A DNA stretch of 61,674 bases, the filler included, from a bacterium (lineage in GTDB: Bacteria; UBP15; UBA6099; JAJRTR01): NCBI GenBank assembly GCA_024278215.1. It is 6 parts of 6 records of this genome, joined end to end, with 100 filler letters (N's around TTAATTAATTAA, not from the genome) between each part and the next. Parts side by side here need not be neighbours in the genome. Positions count along the whole stretch, not along the records: positions 1 to 11,878 come from JAJRTR010000137.1; 5 more parts are not named here. One strand, 5' to 3'. Both the position numbers and the translations under genes were made by a program. The notes under the pieces were generated by a model. It had not been told where the DNA came from and made no database searches. It was given only the letters and a program-made list of their open reading frames with translations. Below, one piece after another: positions 1 to 8,886 of the stretch (positions within the stretch are counted from its first letter, which is position 1; every line of letters starts with the position of its first letter).

Positions 1-140
1 AAATTGGTCGGAAGCAAGGCGGAGGTGCAAAATCCCCGCAGGCGTACTTGTAGAGTACGTCGAGGATGATTTTGTGCCGACAACGCAGCTGTTGACAATT
101 GCAGCCGACCGTAGCCGAATCAGAATTTTGCAATTGGCTC
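1..140 (+). mobile_element. MITE-like family A element, truncated at the contig start
   Basis: Near-identical to 27578-27716 and 40213-40352; ends in the terminal inverted repeat CAGAATTTTGCAATTGGCTC. Confidence 0.85.
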
Positions 141-193
141 ATAAGTTCAACCGATTTCAGAACTGTGTCCTACCGCATCTGATCGGGATTATC

Positions 194-2239
194 TCAAATA
201 AGTTCATTATATATTTTTTCGACCCATTTTATCGCGTCGATATTATCCAGCCATGCGATATAAGAAAATTCAAAATAATCTTTCGCTTCATTTTCACTAC
301 CTATAATAAATTGGTTGCCATCACAAGGTTCAGCCGGTTTTCTTTGCAGAATCAGTTTCAGCACATGTTTATTACATTCGAAAGCATCCAGTAGATAATT
401 CCTGCTGTTTTCCGTGTCGCCTTCCATTAGAAAAGTAACCAGTGCTTTGTTGTAGTGCCACCACGCGGTATCCTCATTATAGCGTTCGAGCAAATCGTCG
501 CATTCCTTATATCTTCCTGATTGCACCAGCACTGTTAATAAGAGCCGTCTGATATCCAGGTTGTCGACACGGTCGAGCTCGATTATGTCCTTCGCATGGT
601 CTATAGCCTTCGATAACTTTCCGCTAAAATACAAAATCAGAAATATTGCCGACTTGCATCTTATGTAAGGTCGGGCTTCAATTCTTTCCCAGAACCTGCC
701 TTTGTGCTTTTCAAAGAAATCAGCGCCGAGTTGCCTTTTTCCTATTTCAAGCCCTTTGTTCAGGTAGAAAAAACTCTTCTCCATATTGTCTTCAATCCTG
801 GCGAGCACAACATAGGCGTCTACGGTATCGGGATAAATCCTGAGTGCTTCCTCCGCGAGTTCACGCGCCTCGTCATTATCAGAGTCAAGCGCTTTCAGCG
901 ACAGCAGCGCTGCCTCCTCTTTCGGAGTTTCCGGTCCGTAGTTGTCGAAACTTATCTCAAATCTTAAGACCTTTTGAATGAATTCCTCCCGGTCATTATC
1001 GGTTTCCACCCCATGTGCATCCATGGCTTTTTGAACATGCCACGCCAACATGTCGACCATACCTTCTTTAGCATTTAATATATCCAGCGGATTCCCGACA
1101 ACCTCGTTGTCATAATCAAGATCGTCAAGTTCGTCGTCAAATTCGTCGTCAACCTGATACAAACGTATGGAATCACCTTCATCGTCAATGTAACCGCCGG
1201 TCATATCTTCGAAAATTTCCCCGGCAATATCACACGAATACTGGCTTAACCCTTCCACCTTCAATACTTCGTTAAGACATGTAATGGCTACAGATTCATC
1301 GCATTCTTCTAAAATAAATACTGCTAAATCAATTAAGTCCAGGTCCGCCGCGAATTCTTCTGTTGTCAATATTGTAAAAGCAATATCGGCGAGTTCGTTT
1401 ATATCATGTCCGTATCTTTCATAAATTGTGAATATGATATTGCCCGCCGCTGCGTTTCTGTATGTTACGGGCCGTGCGAAAACCTGTTTATTCAAAGCGT
1501 CTAACGCCTTTGTTCCAATGTGAATAAGCGCTTCGTCTATCGTGTCGCATAGATCTTCACTATCTATATCCGCATCAAGAAGCCCGATAAGAAAATCGAT
1601 CGCTTTTTCCGATCCTATTCTTCCAAGAGCAAGAATCGCGATATTCGGCGCGACCCCTTTACCCACTGAAAGAGGCGCATCATATTTCCCGCAATTCACG
1701 ATTTCGATCAATCCGTCTTCCAGTCCGTAATCAATTTCTTCTAATTTTCTGTATGCTTTCAGATTAAAAGTATTTACGTCAAGTATCAGATTGGCGCAAA
1801 CATATTCAATCTGTTCAGCTTCAGACGGTTTTTCGAGTTCACTAAAATTTTCTACAATACTCTCCAACCGATTTTTTTCTTTCTTCTCTTGTTTAAGCTT
1901 TTCGAGGATATTCGGCGGCAAATGATCCACAAGGTTGACGCCGTGCTTCCACTCGAACTTCTTCAGGCACCTGATTATATCTTCAATGGTGTTCGAATCA
2001 GCTTTTAAAAACGGGCATGCTGATAATCTATTGAACGCTTCCCAATCGCCGTTATAATCAAGTTCGCGAAGATAGACGAAATCGATATATTCCGGATTGA
2101 CGTATCTGTCACGTCCGACCAGCACGGGCGGCCCCTTATACGGAGAATTACCATAAGGATTGGTTTCTTTGTTCAGGCAGCACTTTTTATATTTTTTCCC
2201 TGAACCGCATGGGCACGGATCATTTCTTCCGATTTTCAT
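194..2239 (-). CDS. SEC-C motif protein with HEAT-like and TPR-like helical repeats
   Basis: N-terminal GRNDPCPCGSGKKYKKCC (SEC-C); central AILALGRIGSEKAIDFL HEAT-like repeat; C-terminal TPR-like region with FWERIEARPYIR. Confidence 0.8.
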   Translation of the reverse strand: MKIGRNDPCPCGSGKKYKKCCLNKETNPYGNSPYKGPPVLVGRDRYVNPEYIDFVYLRELDYNGDWEAFNRLSACPFLKADSNTIEDIIRCLKKFEWKHGVNLVDHLPPNILEKLKQEKKEKNRLESIVENFSELEKPSEAEQIEYVCANLILDVNTFNLKAYRKLEEIDYGLEDGLIEIVNCGKYDAPLSVGKGVAPNIAILALGRIGSEKAIDFLIGLLDADIDSEDLCDTIDEALIHIGTKALDALNKQVFARPVTYRNAAAGNIIFTIYERYGHDINELADIAFTILTTEEFAADLDLIDLAVFILEECDESVAITCLNEVLKVEGLSQYSCDIAGEIFEDMTGGYIDDEGDSIRLYQVDDEFDDELDDLDYDNEVVGNPLDILNAKEGMVDMLAWHVQKAMDAHGVETDNDREEFIQKVLRFEISFDNYGPETPKEEAALLSLKALDSDNDEARELAEEALRIYPDTVDAYVVLARIEDNMEKSFFYLNKGLEIGKRQLGADFFEKHKGRFWERIEARPYIRCKSAIFLILYFSGKLSKAIDHAKDIIELDRVDNLDIRRLLLTVLVQSGRYKECDDLLERYNEDTAWWHYNKALVTFLMEGDTENSRNYLLDAFECNKHVLKLILQRKPAEPCDGNQFIIGSENEAKDYFEFSYIAWLDNIDAIKWVEKIYNELI

Positions 2240-2364
2240 TATTCACCTCGCAATACAAGCCCAAATCCTTATGTAAATCTGATTCTACACGTTCGTGGGA
2301 AGGCCTGTAAAGATATTATGCGAAGAACTCTATTGTCGGCAATGCAGCGCCGGACACAATGGTG

Positions 2365-2526
2365 TCAGGACCTGCTGTTGCGCTCCATATCTTTCTGATA
2401 TGCTTTCCAGCCGGGACAGAAGCCGGTGTGCCACTTCCATATACGCCCGAGTATCGACTTAGGGTTCGCATCATATTTTGCTCTCCACCTGCATTGTTCG
2501 CAATTGTGTTTTTTCTTTCCGCTCAT
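2365..2526 (-). CDS. Small (53 aa) Cys/His/Trp-rich protein, putative Zn-binding; absent from the ORF track
   Basis: GGGAGG SD 7 nt before ATG; translates MSGKKKHNCEQCRWRAKYDANPKSILGRIWKWHTGFCPGWKAYQKDMERNSRS (CxxC...HxxxC). Confidence 0.75.
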   Translation of the reverse strand: MSGKKKHNCEQCRWRAKYDANPKSILGRIWKWHTGFCPGWKAYQKDMERNSRS

Positions 2527-2632
2527 AGCCACGCCTCCCAGCTTTGCAGTGATAAATGTCCGGACACATCACAACAACATGTCCTTTCATTATGTCATCC
2601 GTTACCGTTAAAATCAAAAGAGAGCCAATAGC

Positions 2633-2659
2633 AAAAAACCGCCCCTATCGAGAGCGGTT
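2633..2659 (-). terminator. Rho-independent terminator after the asd operon
   Basis: On the minus strand, AACCGCTCTCGATAGGGGCGGTT hairpin followed by a T-run. Confidence 0.6.
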
Positions 2660-2709
2660 CGTCGACATATCCGTGCTGTGTATTCCCAGTTCCGTGTATA
2701 CCGTGAAGT

Positions 2710-2982
2710 TCAGTCTTCCTGCGACATCCAGCTTCGTATGATCTTCGCCATTTCCTGGGCTGCGAATTCTGTGCCGTGGATACTGCCGTCCATATCTTTT
2801 ATGAGCTTTTTACGCTGCCCGTCTTCGGTTTTTCGCAATACTTTTGACACCCTCATGTCGGACCAGCGATCCGACTTCGAAAGATATGGTCGGATTGCGA
2901 AGTTTCTCTTTGTTCTGACCAGTCTCTCGACAGATTCACTCTGTGCCATTTTCCTGGGATTTGCTGCTTTGACTTTGTACAT
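2710..2982 (-). CDS. Basic hypothetical protein (90 aa) with a FliF-C-terminus-like tail
   Basis: GAGGAG SD overlaps the asd stop, ATG at 2982; ends AQEMAKIIRSWMSQED. Confidence 0.6.
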   Translation of the reverse strand: MYKVKAANPRKMAQSESVERLVRTKRNFAIRPYLSKSDRWSDMRVSKVLRKTEDGQRKKLIKDMDGSIHGTEFAAQEMAKIIRSWMSQED

Positions 2983-2992
2983 AGTTTTCTCC

Positions 2993-4015
2993 TCAGAAAA
3001 TGAATTCGGCAATCTGCACCGCATTCAGCGCTGCACCTTTGCGAAGATTGTCTGCAACACACCACATATTAAAACCATACTCGACGGAGAGGTCTTTCCT
3101 GACCCTGCCGATATACACTTCGTCCTTGCCCGATGCGTACAGGGGTGTCGGATAGGTGCGCCGTTTTTCATCTCCATCCACAGGGTCCGGCTCATCCACA
3201 ACCGTCACGCCCGGCGACCTGCTCAGGATTTTTCTCACATTATCCACAGACGATCTTTTCCTCGTTTGAATGTTTATGCTCTGGGCGTGACCGTTCATCA
3301 CCGGAACCCGCACACATGTGGCGGATATGGGCAACTGCGGATTTGAAAAGATTTTTCTTGTTTCTTCTACTATCTTGACTTCCTCGAGCGTGTTGCCTGC
3401 AGCATTGAAGATGTCGATGTGCGGCAGGCAGTTGAATGAAATCTGCTGCGGGAACACTTTCGGCGCATATTTTCTATTGTTTGCAAGGGCTTTGGTCTGC
3501 TTTTTCAGCTCTTCTCCGGCCGCCTTGCCCTTTCCAGAGACTGCCTGGTATGTGGACACAACAATGCGGGTAACACCCAGTTTTTCATATAACGGTTTAA
3601 CCGCCATACACATTTGTATCGTCGAGCAGTTGGGGTTGGCGATGAGTCCCTGGTGCCGTTGTATATGTTTTATATTGACTTCCGGAATTATCAGAGGTAC
3701 ATCCGGCCTCATGCGAAAAGTACTGCTGTTGTCTATCACGATGGAGCCGCGCCGCACTGCTTCCCACGCGAATTCCTTGGAAGCGTTGTCGCCGCCCGCG
3801 AAAAGTGTGACATCCACTCCATTGAACGAAGCGTCCTCTGTAACTTTAACGGTTATGTCCTTGCCTTTGAACCTGACGGTTCTTCGATTCTTCTTTTTCG
3901 TCGCCAGCGGCACAAGTGTTTTTACAGGGAATTTCCGCTCTTCGAGCACCCTTATCATTTCTCTGCCGACGGCTCCCGTGGCCCCGACTACTGCCACAAT
4001 ATATTTATCACTCAC
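2993..4015 (-). CDS. asd: Aspartate-semialdehyde dehydrogenase
   Basis: VVGATGAVG, IANPNCSTIQ, CVRVPV..GH, DNLRKGAALNAVQIAE; GTG start after GGGAGG. Confidence 0.97.
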   Translation of the reverse strand: MSDKYIVAVVGATGAVGREMIRVLEERKFPVKTLVPLATKKKNRRTVRFKGKDITVKVTEDASFNGVDVTLFAGGDNASKEFAWEAVRRGSIVIDNSSTFRMRPDVPLIIPEVNIKHIQRHQGLIANPNCSTIQMCMAVKPLYEKLGVTRIVVSTYQAVSGKGKAAGEELKKQTKALANNRKYAPKVFPQQISFNCLPHIDIFNAAGNTLEEVKIVEETRKIFSNPQLPISATCVRVPVMNGHAQSINIQTRKRSSVDNVRKILSRSPGVTVVDEPDPVDGDEKRRTYPTPLYASGKDEVYIGRVRKDLSVEYGFNMWCVADNLRKGAALNAVQIAEFIF

Positions 4016-4044
4016 GTAGCGACCTCCCTGAAATCGGCTGTTTT

Positions 4045-4443
4045 TCAACCTCTGATATATTTTACATATACGCTTCGTGTCCTGGGCCCGTCGAATTCAC
4101 AAAAGAACAGTGACTGCCATGTGCCAAGGACCAGACCACCGTCTCGGACAATCACTGTCTCGGATGCTCCTACCAGCGAACTTTTTATATGTGCCGCCGA
4201 GTTTCCTTCCGCATGTTTGTAATCCGCTCTCAGGGGCGCTATCCTGTCAAGTCCCCGGATTATATCATCCGGCACCGCCGGATCGGCATTTTCATTTATT
4301 GTTATACCTGCTGTCGTATGTGACACATATACACAACACAACCCATCGTCGGCTTTCATCTCACGTAGCGCTTTCAGTACATCAGATGTTATGTCTATCA
4401 GCCGACACCTGCTTTTTGTAGATACGTTGAATTTTGAAACCAT
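4045..4443 (-). CDS. yjbQ: UPF0047 / YjbQ family protein
   Basis: HTTAGITINENADP, HAEGNSAAHIKSSL, LGTWQS...EFDGPRTR. Confidence 0.93.
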   Translation of the reverse strand: MVSKFNVSTKSRCRLIDITSDVLKALREMKADDGLCCVYVSHTTAGITINENADPAVPDDIIRGLDRIAPLRADYKHAEGNSAAHIKSSLVGASETVIVRDGGLVLGTWQSLFFCEFDGPRTRSVYVKYIRG

Positions 4444-4517
4444 AACACTATACAACGGCGTCCGCACGCCGCGTTTTCCTTAATCCACCGGACAAAATAT
4501 CTTTTCCCGGATTCAAT

Positions 4518-5837
4518 TTAAACTATATTATTATTCGAAATCCTGTATATGACAAGACCTGTAAGCAATTTGGGAAAGAAATAAGTTGACTTGTGGGGCA
4601 TTACCTGGTGTGCGACGGCCACTTCCGTCATTCGCCTGACAGGTGTTGGTGGAAGGTATATGGCGACCTGATACTCACCCGTTTTCAGCCCGTTCACAAC
4701 TCTGACCGGGTCCACCTCGAAACCAATGTGGTCCAGCGGATTCGCATCTTCACCGATCAGGGGTTTAACAGCGAGTTCCTCACATATCGACACATCCAGT
4801 TCTTTGAGCGTATCATGCAGCGCGCCGAGTCCCCTGTTGTTTTCAAGCACCTCTTTTTTAGGGCGTAACACGTAGAATTTCGACCCGACCTGTGCCGCCA
4901 TGACATGGACGTTTTCGTCTGCCGTGGAGATAATGCGCAGGGCGCTGCTGCGGTCTTTTCTCTCCACATCGAAATTGGCCGACAGCTTGTCAAGTACACT
5001 CTGCTCACTGTAGTCCGGGATGCTTTTCAACATCCTGTGCGCCGATAGAACTGATAGGCCCGGGTCGCTCATGCCGACAAAATACATGAATGTATAACGA
5101 TAATCCGGTTCTTCCGCACCTGCGAATTCCGCATCTCCGCCGTTGCCGTGTTTGTCGTCCATTTCAGCGGCATAATTAAGGGCAGTCTCGTACCTGTGGT
5201 GTCCGTCGGCAATAAAAACATCCTTGTCACCCATTGCGCAGACCAGTTTGTTTATCAGTTTTTCGTCCGTCATGCTCCACAGACTGTGCCGCACGCCATC
5301 GGGTGACCTGAAATTTTCGTCGGGGAAGTCTTTTTCGACAGCGTCGCACAGTATACCGGCGATCTCGCCGTCGTCGTCCGGGAAGATTGAAAAAACCGGG
5401 TTGAACCATGCGCCGGTGGCACGAGTCAGCGCAAGGCGGTCCTGCTTATGCTTGGGGAATGTTTTTTCGTGGGGATAGACCGAGCCTTCGCCGAACTTTT
5501 CGACTTTTATCAGTGCGATGAAGCCGCGCCGCACACGCCGGTAGCCTTCCCAGTCAAGAAAATACTCTTCGAGAACATATATCGCGGGACGCGGGTCGCG
5601 GACGAGAATACTCTCGGCAATCCATTTATCCAGCGTCTCGCCTGCCTGCGCGTACTTGTCGCCTCCGTTTTCCGCGATGTTGTAGTCCACCCGTATGATA
5701 TTGTGGTCGCTCCACCTGTAATATTCCTTCTGCTGTTCCGGAGAAATCACATCATAGGGCGGAGTAAGCACAATATCGAGCCCCTCGACATTCTCTGTCT
5801 TATATCTGTAAGCTCTGAATGGTTTTATAGTAGCCGT
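4518..5837 (-). CDS. DUF1015 family protein; probable start is an ACG codon at 5837
   Basis: PPYDVIS, PHEKT, IADGHHRYETA, MPHKSTYFFPKLLTGL; the frame extends upstream of the ORF-track GTG as (T)ATIKPFRAYRY. Confidence 0.9.
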   Translation of the reverse strand, partial: TATIKPFRAYRYKTENVEGLDIVLTPPYDVISPEQQKEYYRWSDHNIIRVDYNIAENGGDKYAQAGETLDKWIAESILVRDPRPAIYVLEEYFLDWEGYRRVRRGFIALIKVEKFGEGSVYPHEKTFPKHKQDRLALTRATGAWFNPVFSIFPDDDGEIAGILCDAVEKDFPDENFRSPDGVRHSLWSMTDEKLINKLVCAMGDKDVFIADGHHRYETALNYAAEMDDKHGNGGDAEFAGAEEPDYRYTFMYFVGMSDPGLSVLSAHRMLKSIPDYSEQSVLDKLSANFDVERKDRSSALRIISTADENVHVMAAQVGSKFYVLRPKKEVLENNRGLGALHDTLKELDVSICEELAVKPLIGEDANPLDHIGFEVDPVRVVNGLKTGEYQVAIYLPPTPVRRMTEVAVAHQVMPHKSTYFFPKLLTGLVIYRISNNNIV

Positions 5838-5939
5838 TTTCGTTCACCCTTTCTTTCGAAAATCGAGACTATTCTAACTACATATCATCACAATGTGTAG
5901 TTTTTCTGAAAAATGATCGTTTGCCGTAAGTTGACTCAT

Positions 5940-5967
5940 TAGCCCGGGTTGGTGAAATATGCGGGTT
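5940..5967. repeat. Solo terminal palindrome of family B
   Basis: TAGCCCGGGTTGGTGAAATATGCGGGTT matches the CCCGCAT..TGAAATATGCGGG end of the B elements. Confidence 0.6.
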
Positions 5968-6044
5968 TGTTTTGCAATTGAATTGCAAATTAGCAGAACT
6001 TTTTGTATCCTGAAATGTCAGAAGAGAATGGGAGGCGTGCGAAA

Positions 6045-6791
6045 GTGGGGAAAAAACAGCAGATATGTCTGGTGCTAATCATCATTTTTTCTATCGGCGG
6101 CATATACACGGCGCTCCATCTGGCAGAAATACATTACAAGAAACCTCGCTTCAGGTTGAACCTCATTAATGCCGTTCCACTTATGGAGTCTTTCTGGGAC
6201 AGGACGGAGATAGAGAAAGCCGTCAGAGATGCCGAGGCGGATGAAGCCCTGCCTGATATGGACGAAGATTACGATCCTTACGCTGTTTATATCGACAATG
6301 AAACGAATCCTTATAAAAATACCGTGCAGGATGATGAAGAGACAGGGTTTGTCGCAGAAGAGGCGTGCGATATTTCCGAAGTTTTAAGTTGTTCAATAGT
6401 CGATGACAGCGATTATTCGGAAATATTCGGCATCGCCATCAGCATCTATGGACTAGCGGGCTACCTGCTGCTGATACTCGGTTCGCTGATGTGCCTTACA
6501 CTGGGCAGTATGTACAACAAGAAAAATGTAGATTCGGGCGGCACGGGCACGGCAGGAAACATGAATCCGTTGTCTTTGCGAAAACCGAATATTTTTGAAT
6601 TGATGCTGTATCTCGCGTGCTGGTTCGGATTTGTTTTTTCAGCGTGGTTGACATGGATCGAAGCAACGGTAATACACAGTTTCTGTCCCTACTGCCTTGG
6701 GTCTGCCGCGGCAATGGTCGGTTCGCTGATATGTATGCTTATCGCCTATGGTACCTATCCGATAACCGGTTTTTTCAAAAGCGGCAACTGA
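6045..6791 (+). CDS. Vitamin K epoxide reductase (VKOR) family disulfide-forming membrane protein
   Basis: Loop cysteines ACDISEVLSC..VDDSDYSEIFGI, CPYC active site, several TM helices; GTG after GGGAGG. Confidence 0.85.
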   Translation: MGKKQQICLVLIIIFSIGGIYTALHLAEIHYKKPRFRLNLINAVPLMESFWDRTEIEKAVRDAEADEALPDMDEDYDPYAVYIDNETNPYKNTVQDDEETGFVAEEACDISEVLSCSIVDDSDYSEIFGIAISIYGLAGYLLLILGSLMCLTLGSMYNKKNVDSGGTGTAGNMNPLSLRKPNIFELMLYLACWFGFVFSAWLTWIEATVIHSFCPYCLGSAAAMVGSLICMLIAYGTYPITGFFKSGN

Positions 6792-6823
6792 GTTGTTATC
6801 TTTCCGCACGGTCGTTCTCTATT

Positions 6824-6868
6824 GAGCCGGTTGCAACATTATGTTCATGGCGAGGTCGAGCGAAATTG
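6824..6868 (+). mobile_element. Left-end remnant of a family A element
   Basis: GAGCCGGTTGCAACATTATGTTC..GCGAGGTCGAGCGAAATTG matches 27538-27583. Confidence 0.7.
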
Positions 6869-6976
6869 AACACCTTCACGTTTACTTCACAAGAATGTAA
6901 ATAAATATACCCCGAACAGTGATATTATGGTAAAATACAATTCAGTTATTGTATGTTTTCAGAAACTGGATATTTT

Positions 6977-7225
6977 ATGCCGCCAATCAAAATCAGAATA
7001 ACTGCATTTTCACGTGGAGAGGTGATCGGTGAGAAGCAACTCGATCCGCCGGATCACATTGCCGGTGTTCTCGAGGGAAAGACTCCGGCGCAGATGCGTG
7101 ATATATGCGACTCGATGGAACTGGAGTTCAACGCCGCTCTGGAAAAATCCCTATCCGAATCCGGCCTGAAGATCGAGGATACCCCACTTAAGTTTAAATT
7201 CGATATTGTTCTTGACCGCCAATAA
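6977..7225 (+). CDS. Hypothetical protein (~82 aa)
   Basis: Isolated ORF with protein-like composition; no motif recognised. Confidence 0.55.
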   Translation: MPPIKIRITAFSRGEVIGEKQLDPPDHIAGVLEGKTPAQMRDICDSMELEFNAALEKSLSESGLKIEDTPLKFKFDIVLDRQ

Positions 7226-7288
7226 CATTTAATGTTCTACATTTCTTTCTGGGCTCGAAAAAGACCGGAATTCGGAGTTCGGACCTCA

Positions 7289-7340
7289 GGTAAAGAAAAC
7301 TCTTGAAATATCATGCACAGAGTAAAGAATCACTTTTAAC
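7289..7340 (+). repeat. Family D repeat (second copy at 27373-27425)
   Basis: GGTAAAGAA..AACTCTTGAAATA.CATGC...AAAGAAT..TTTAAC shared by both copies. Confidence 0.6.
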
Positions 7341-7368
7341 CGGATTTCTTTGTGAGAAATCCGGTTTA
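7337..7368. repeat. Solo terminal palindrome of family B
   Basis: TAACCGGATTTCTTTGTGAGAAATCCGGTTTA. Confidence 0.8.
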
Positions 7369-7489
7369 GCTGCATGGCACATAATTTCCCCGGATAAAGA
7401 TTATTAGCAACTGTTCACTGGAGGAGCATTGGAAATAATGCGTTAAACACCAGGAGATTCTTCGCTTCTCTCTGAATGACAACACACGT

Positions 7490-7668
7490 GAGCCAATTGC
7501 AAAATTATGATTCTGCTGCTTTTGGCTGCTATTGTCCATATAGCTGCGTTGTCGGTGCAAAATCGTCCTCGACGTACTCTACTAAGTACGACTGCGATGA
7601 TTTCAACCTCCGCCTTGCGCTGAACAATTCTGCTCGATCACGCTACGACATGATTTAGTATTTGGCTC
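7490..7668 (-). mobile_element. Full-length (179 bp) family A element, inverted and diverged
   Basis: Bounded by GAGCCAATTGCAAAATTATG ... TTTGGCTC; reverse complement of the 27538-27716 copy. Confidence 0.85.
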
Positions 7669-7692
7669 ACGGATTTTGAGTTTAACGGCACT

Positions 7693-7790
7693 ATCAGAAA
7701 TCTCTGGAATGCAAAAACGTAAGTTTTTGCAAAATGCGACTTCTTCACAGTTGCAACGACTTAGTCGTTGCATTCCAGGATATTTCAGAT
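7693..7790. repeat. Family C palindromic repeat (second copy at 36965-37050)
   Basis: ATCAGAAATCTCTGGAATGCAA...TTGCATTCCAGGATATTTCAGAT inverted ends; core GGAATGCAAAAACGTAAGTTTTT.CAAAATGC shared with the second copy. Confidence 0.75.
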
Positions 7791-8286
7791 GTCCCATTGC
7801 GAACAGCTACCTGTGAACGAGTATTACTTGTTCCTATGCTCCTGCGTGTGAAAGCACAGATTATTATCGTTGATCAGGTTGCAGGTGCTGAGTTGAACAT
7901 ATTGTTTTAAGGCATAGTATGTAATATTATAACTCTATTAGTAGGATAAGCTCTAACTATCACTATTTTTGTCAAATCAGAGTCTTGACTTGCTTATAAT
8001 ATCAACTTATAATTTGTGAGTTTATTATGAGTTTGTTTAAAAGCATTATATAAGAGGTTAAAGAGGCGAAGCAATGGATGTTGAGTCACGTCGGCAATCC
8101 GAACGCAGTGAATTGTTAAGGGGTTTTCTACATAAATTGGTGAATGTGTAAATTTGCTGGACTTTGAATCGGTCCATATATATAATGACGGGGTTTTGTC
8201 CGGTCAGTCCGGGGATTATAGAGTCGGAAACCCCTTTCGGATTGACGTTTTGATAAAATGCTGAAAACGGATTGCGTGATACGCTG

Positions 8287-8886
8287 GTGAAGCTTCTTTT
8301 AATCGACAACTACGATTCATTCACATACAATTTGTATCAGCTTTTCGGTGAGCTTGGCGCAGACCAGGTTGTCCTGCGCAATGATGCGTTGGCTTCCGGT
8401 GAAGTGGAGCGATATGATGTTGACGCGATAGTAATATCGCCCGGTCCCGGAACACCTGCGGACTCCGGCGTATCAGGAGCGATCATTGCCGGATGGGCCG
8501 GTCGCATTCCGATACTGGGTGTATGCCTGGGTATGCAGTGTATTGCGGAGGTTTTCGGCGGTTGTGTGGGCAGGTCGGATGAGATAATGCATGGAAAGAC
8601 ATCCATGATCGAGCATTGCGGAACAGATATTTTTGATGAGGTGCCTTCACCCTGTGAAGTCGCCCGGTATCATTCACTCGCTGTCTACGATCTGCCTGTC
8701 TGCCTGGAGGTGACGGCAAAGACGGCGGACGGAGTTGTGATGGGGTTGAGGCACAGGGAAATGCCCTTATGGGGCCTACAGTTTCACCCGGAATCCTTCA
8801 TGACAAAGTATGGAACAAGGATGATGCAAAATTTTCTTGATAAGGTCGGTGAATATGAAGAGACTGTTTCCCGAAGAACAGCTTGA
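8287..8886 (+). CDS. pabA: Aminodeoxychorismate/anthranilate synthase glutamine amidotransferase component
   Basis: IDNYDSFTYNL, SPGPG, GVCLGMQ, QFHPES; lies next to pabB and folE. Confidence 0.9.
   Translation: MKLLLIDNYDSFTYNLYQLFGELGADQVVLRNDALASGEVERYDVDAIVISPGPGTPADSGVSGAIIAGWAGRIPILGVCLGMQCIAEVFGGCVGRSDEIMHGKTSMIEHCGTDIFDEVPSPCEVARYHSLAVYDLPVCLEVTAKTADGVVMGLRHREMPLWGLQFHPESFMTKYGTRMMQNFLDKVGEYEETVSRRTA

Noticed and set aside
7800-8280. Folate or ZTP riboswitch upstream of pabA-pabB-folE-fhs
   Set aside because: Expected from context, but no consensus elements recognised; the region looks like an AT-rich promoter spacer
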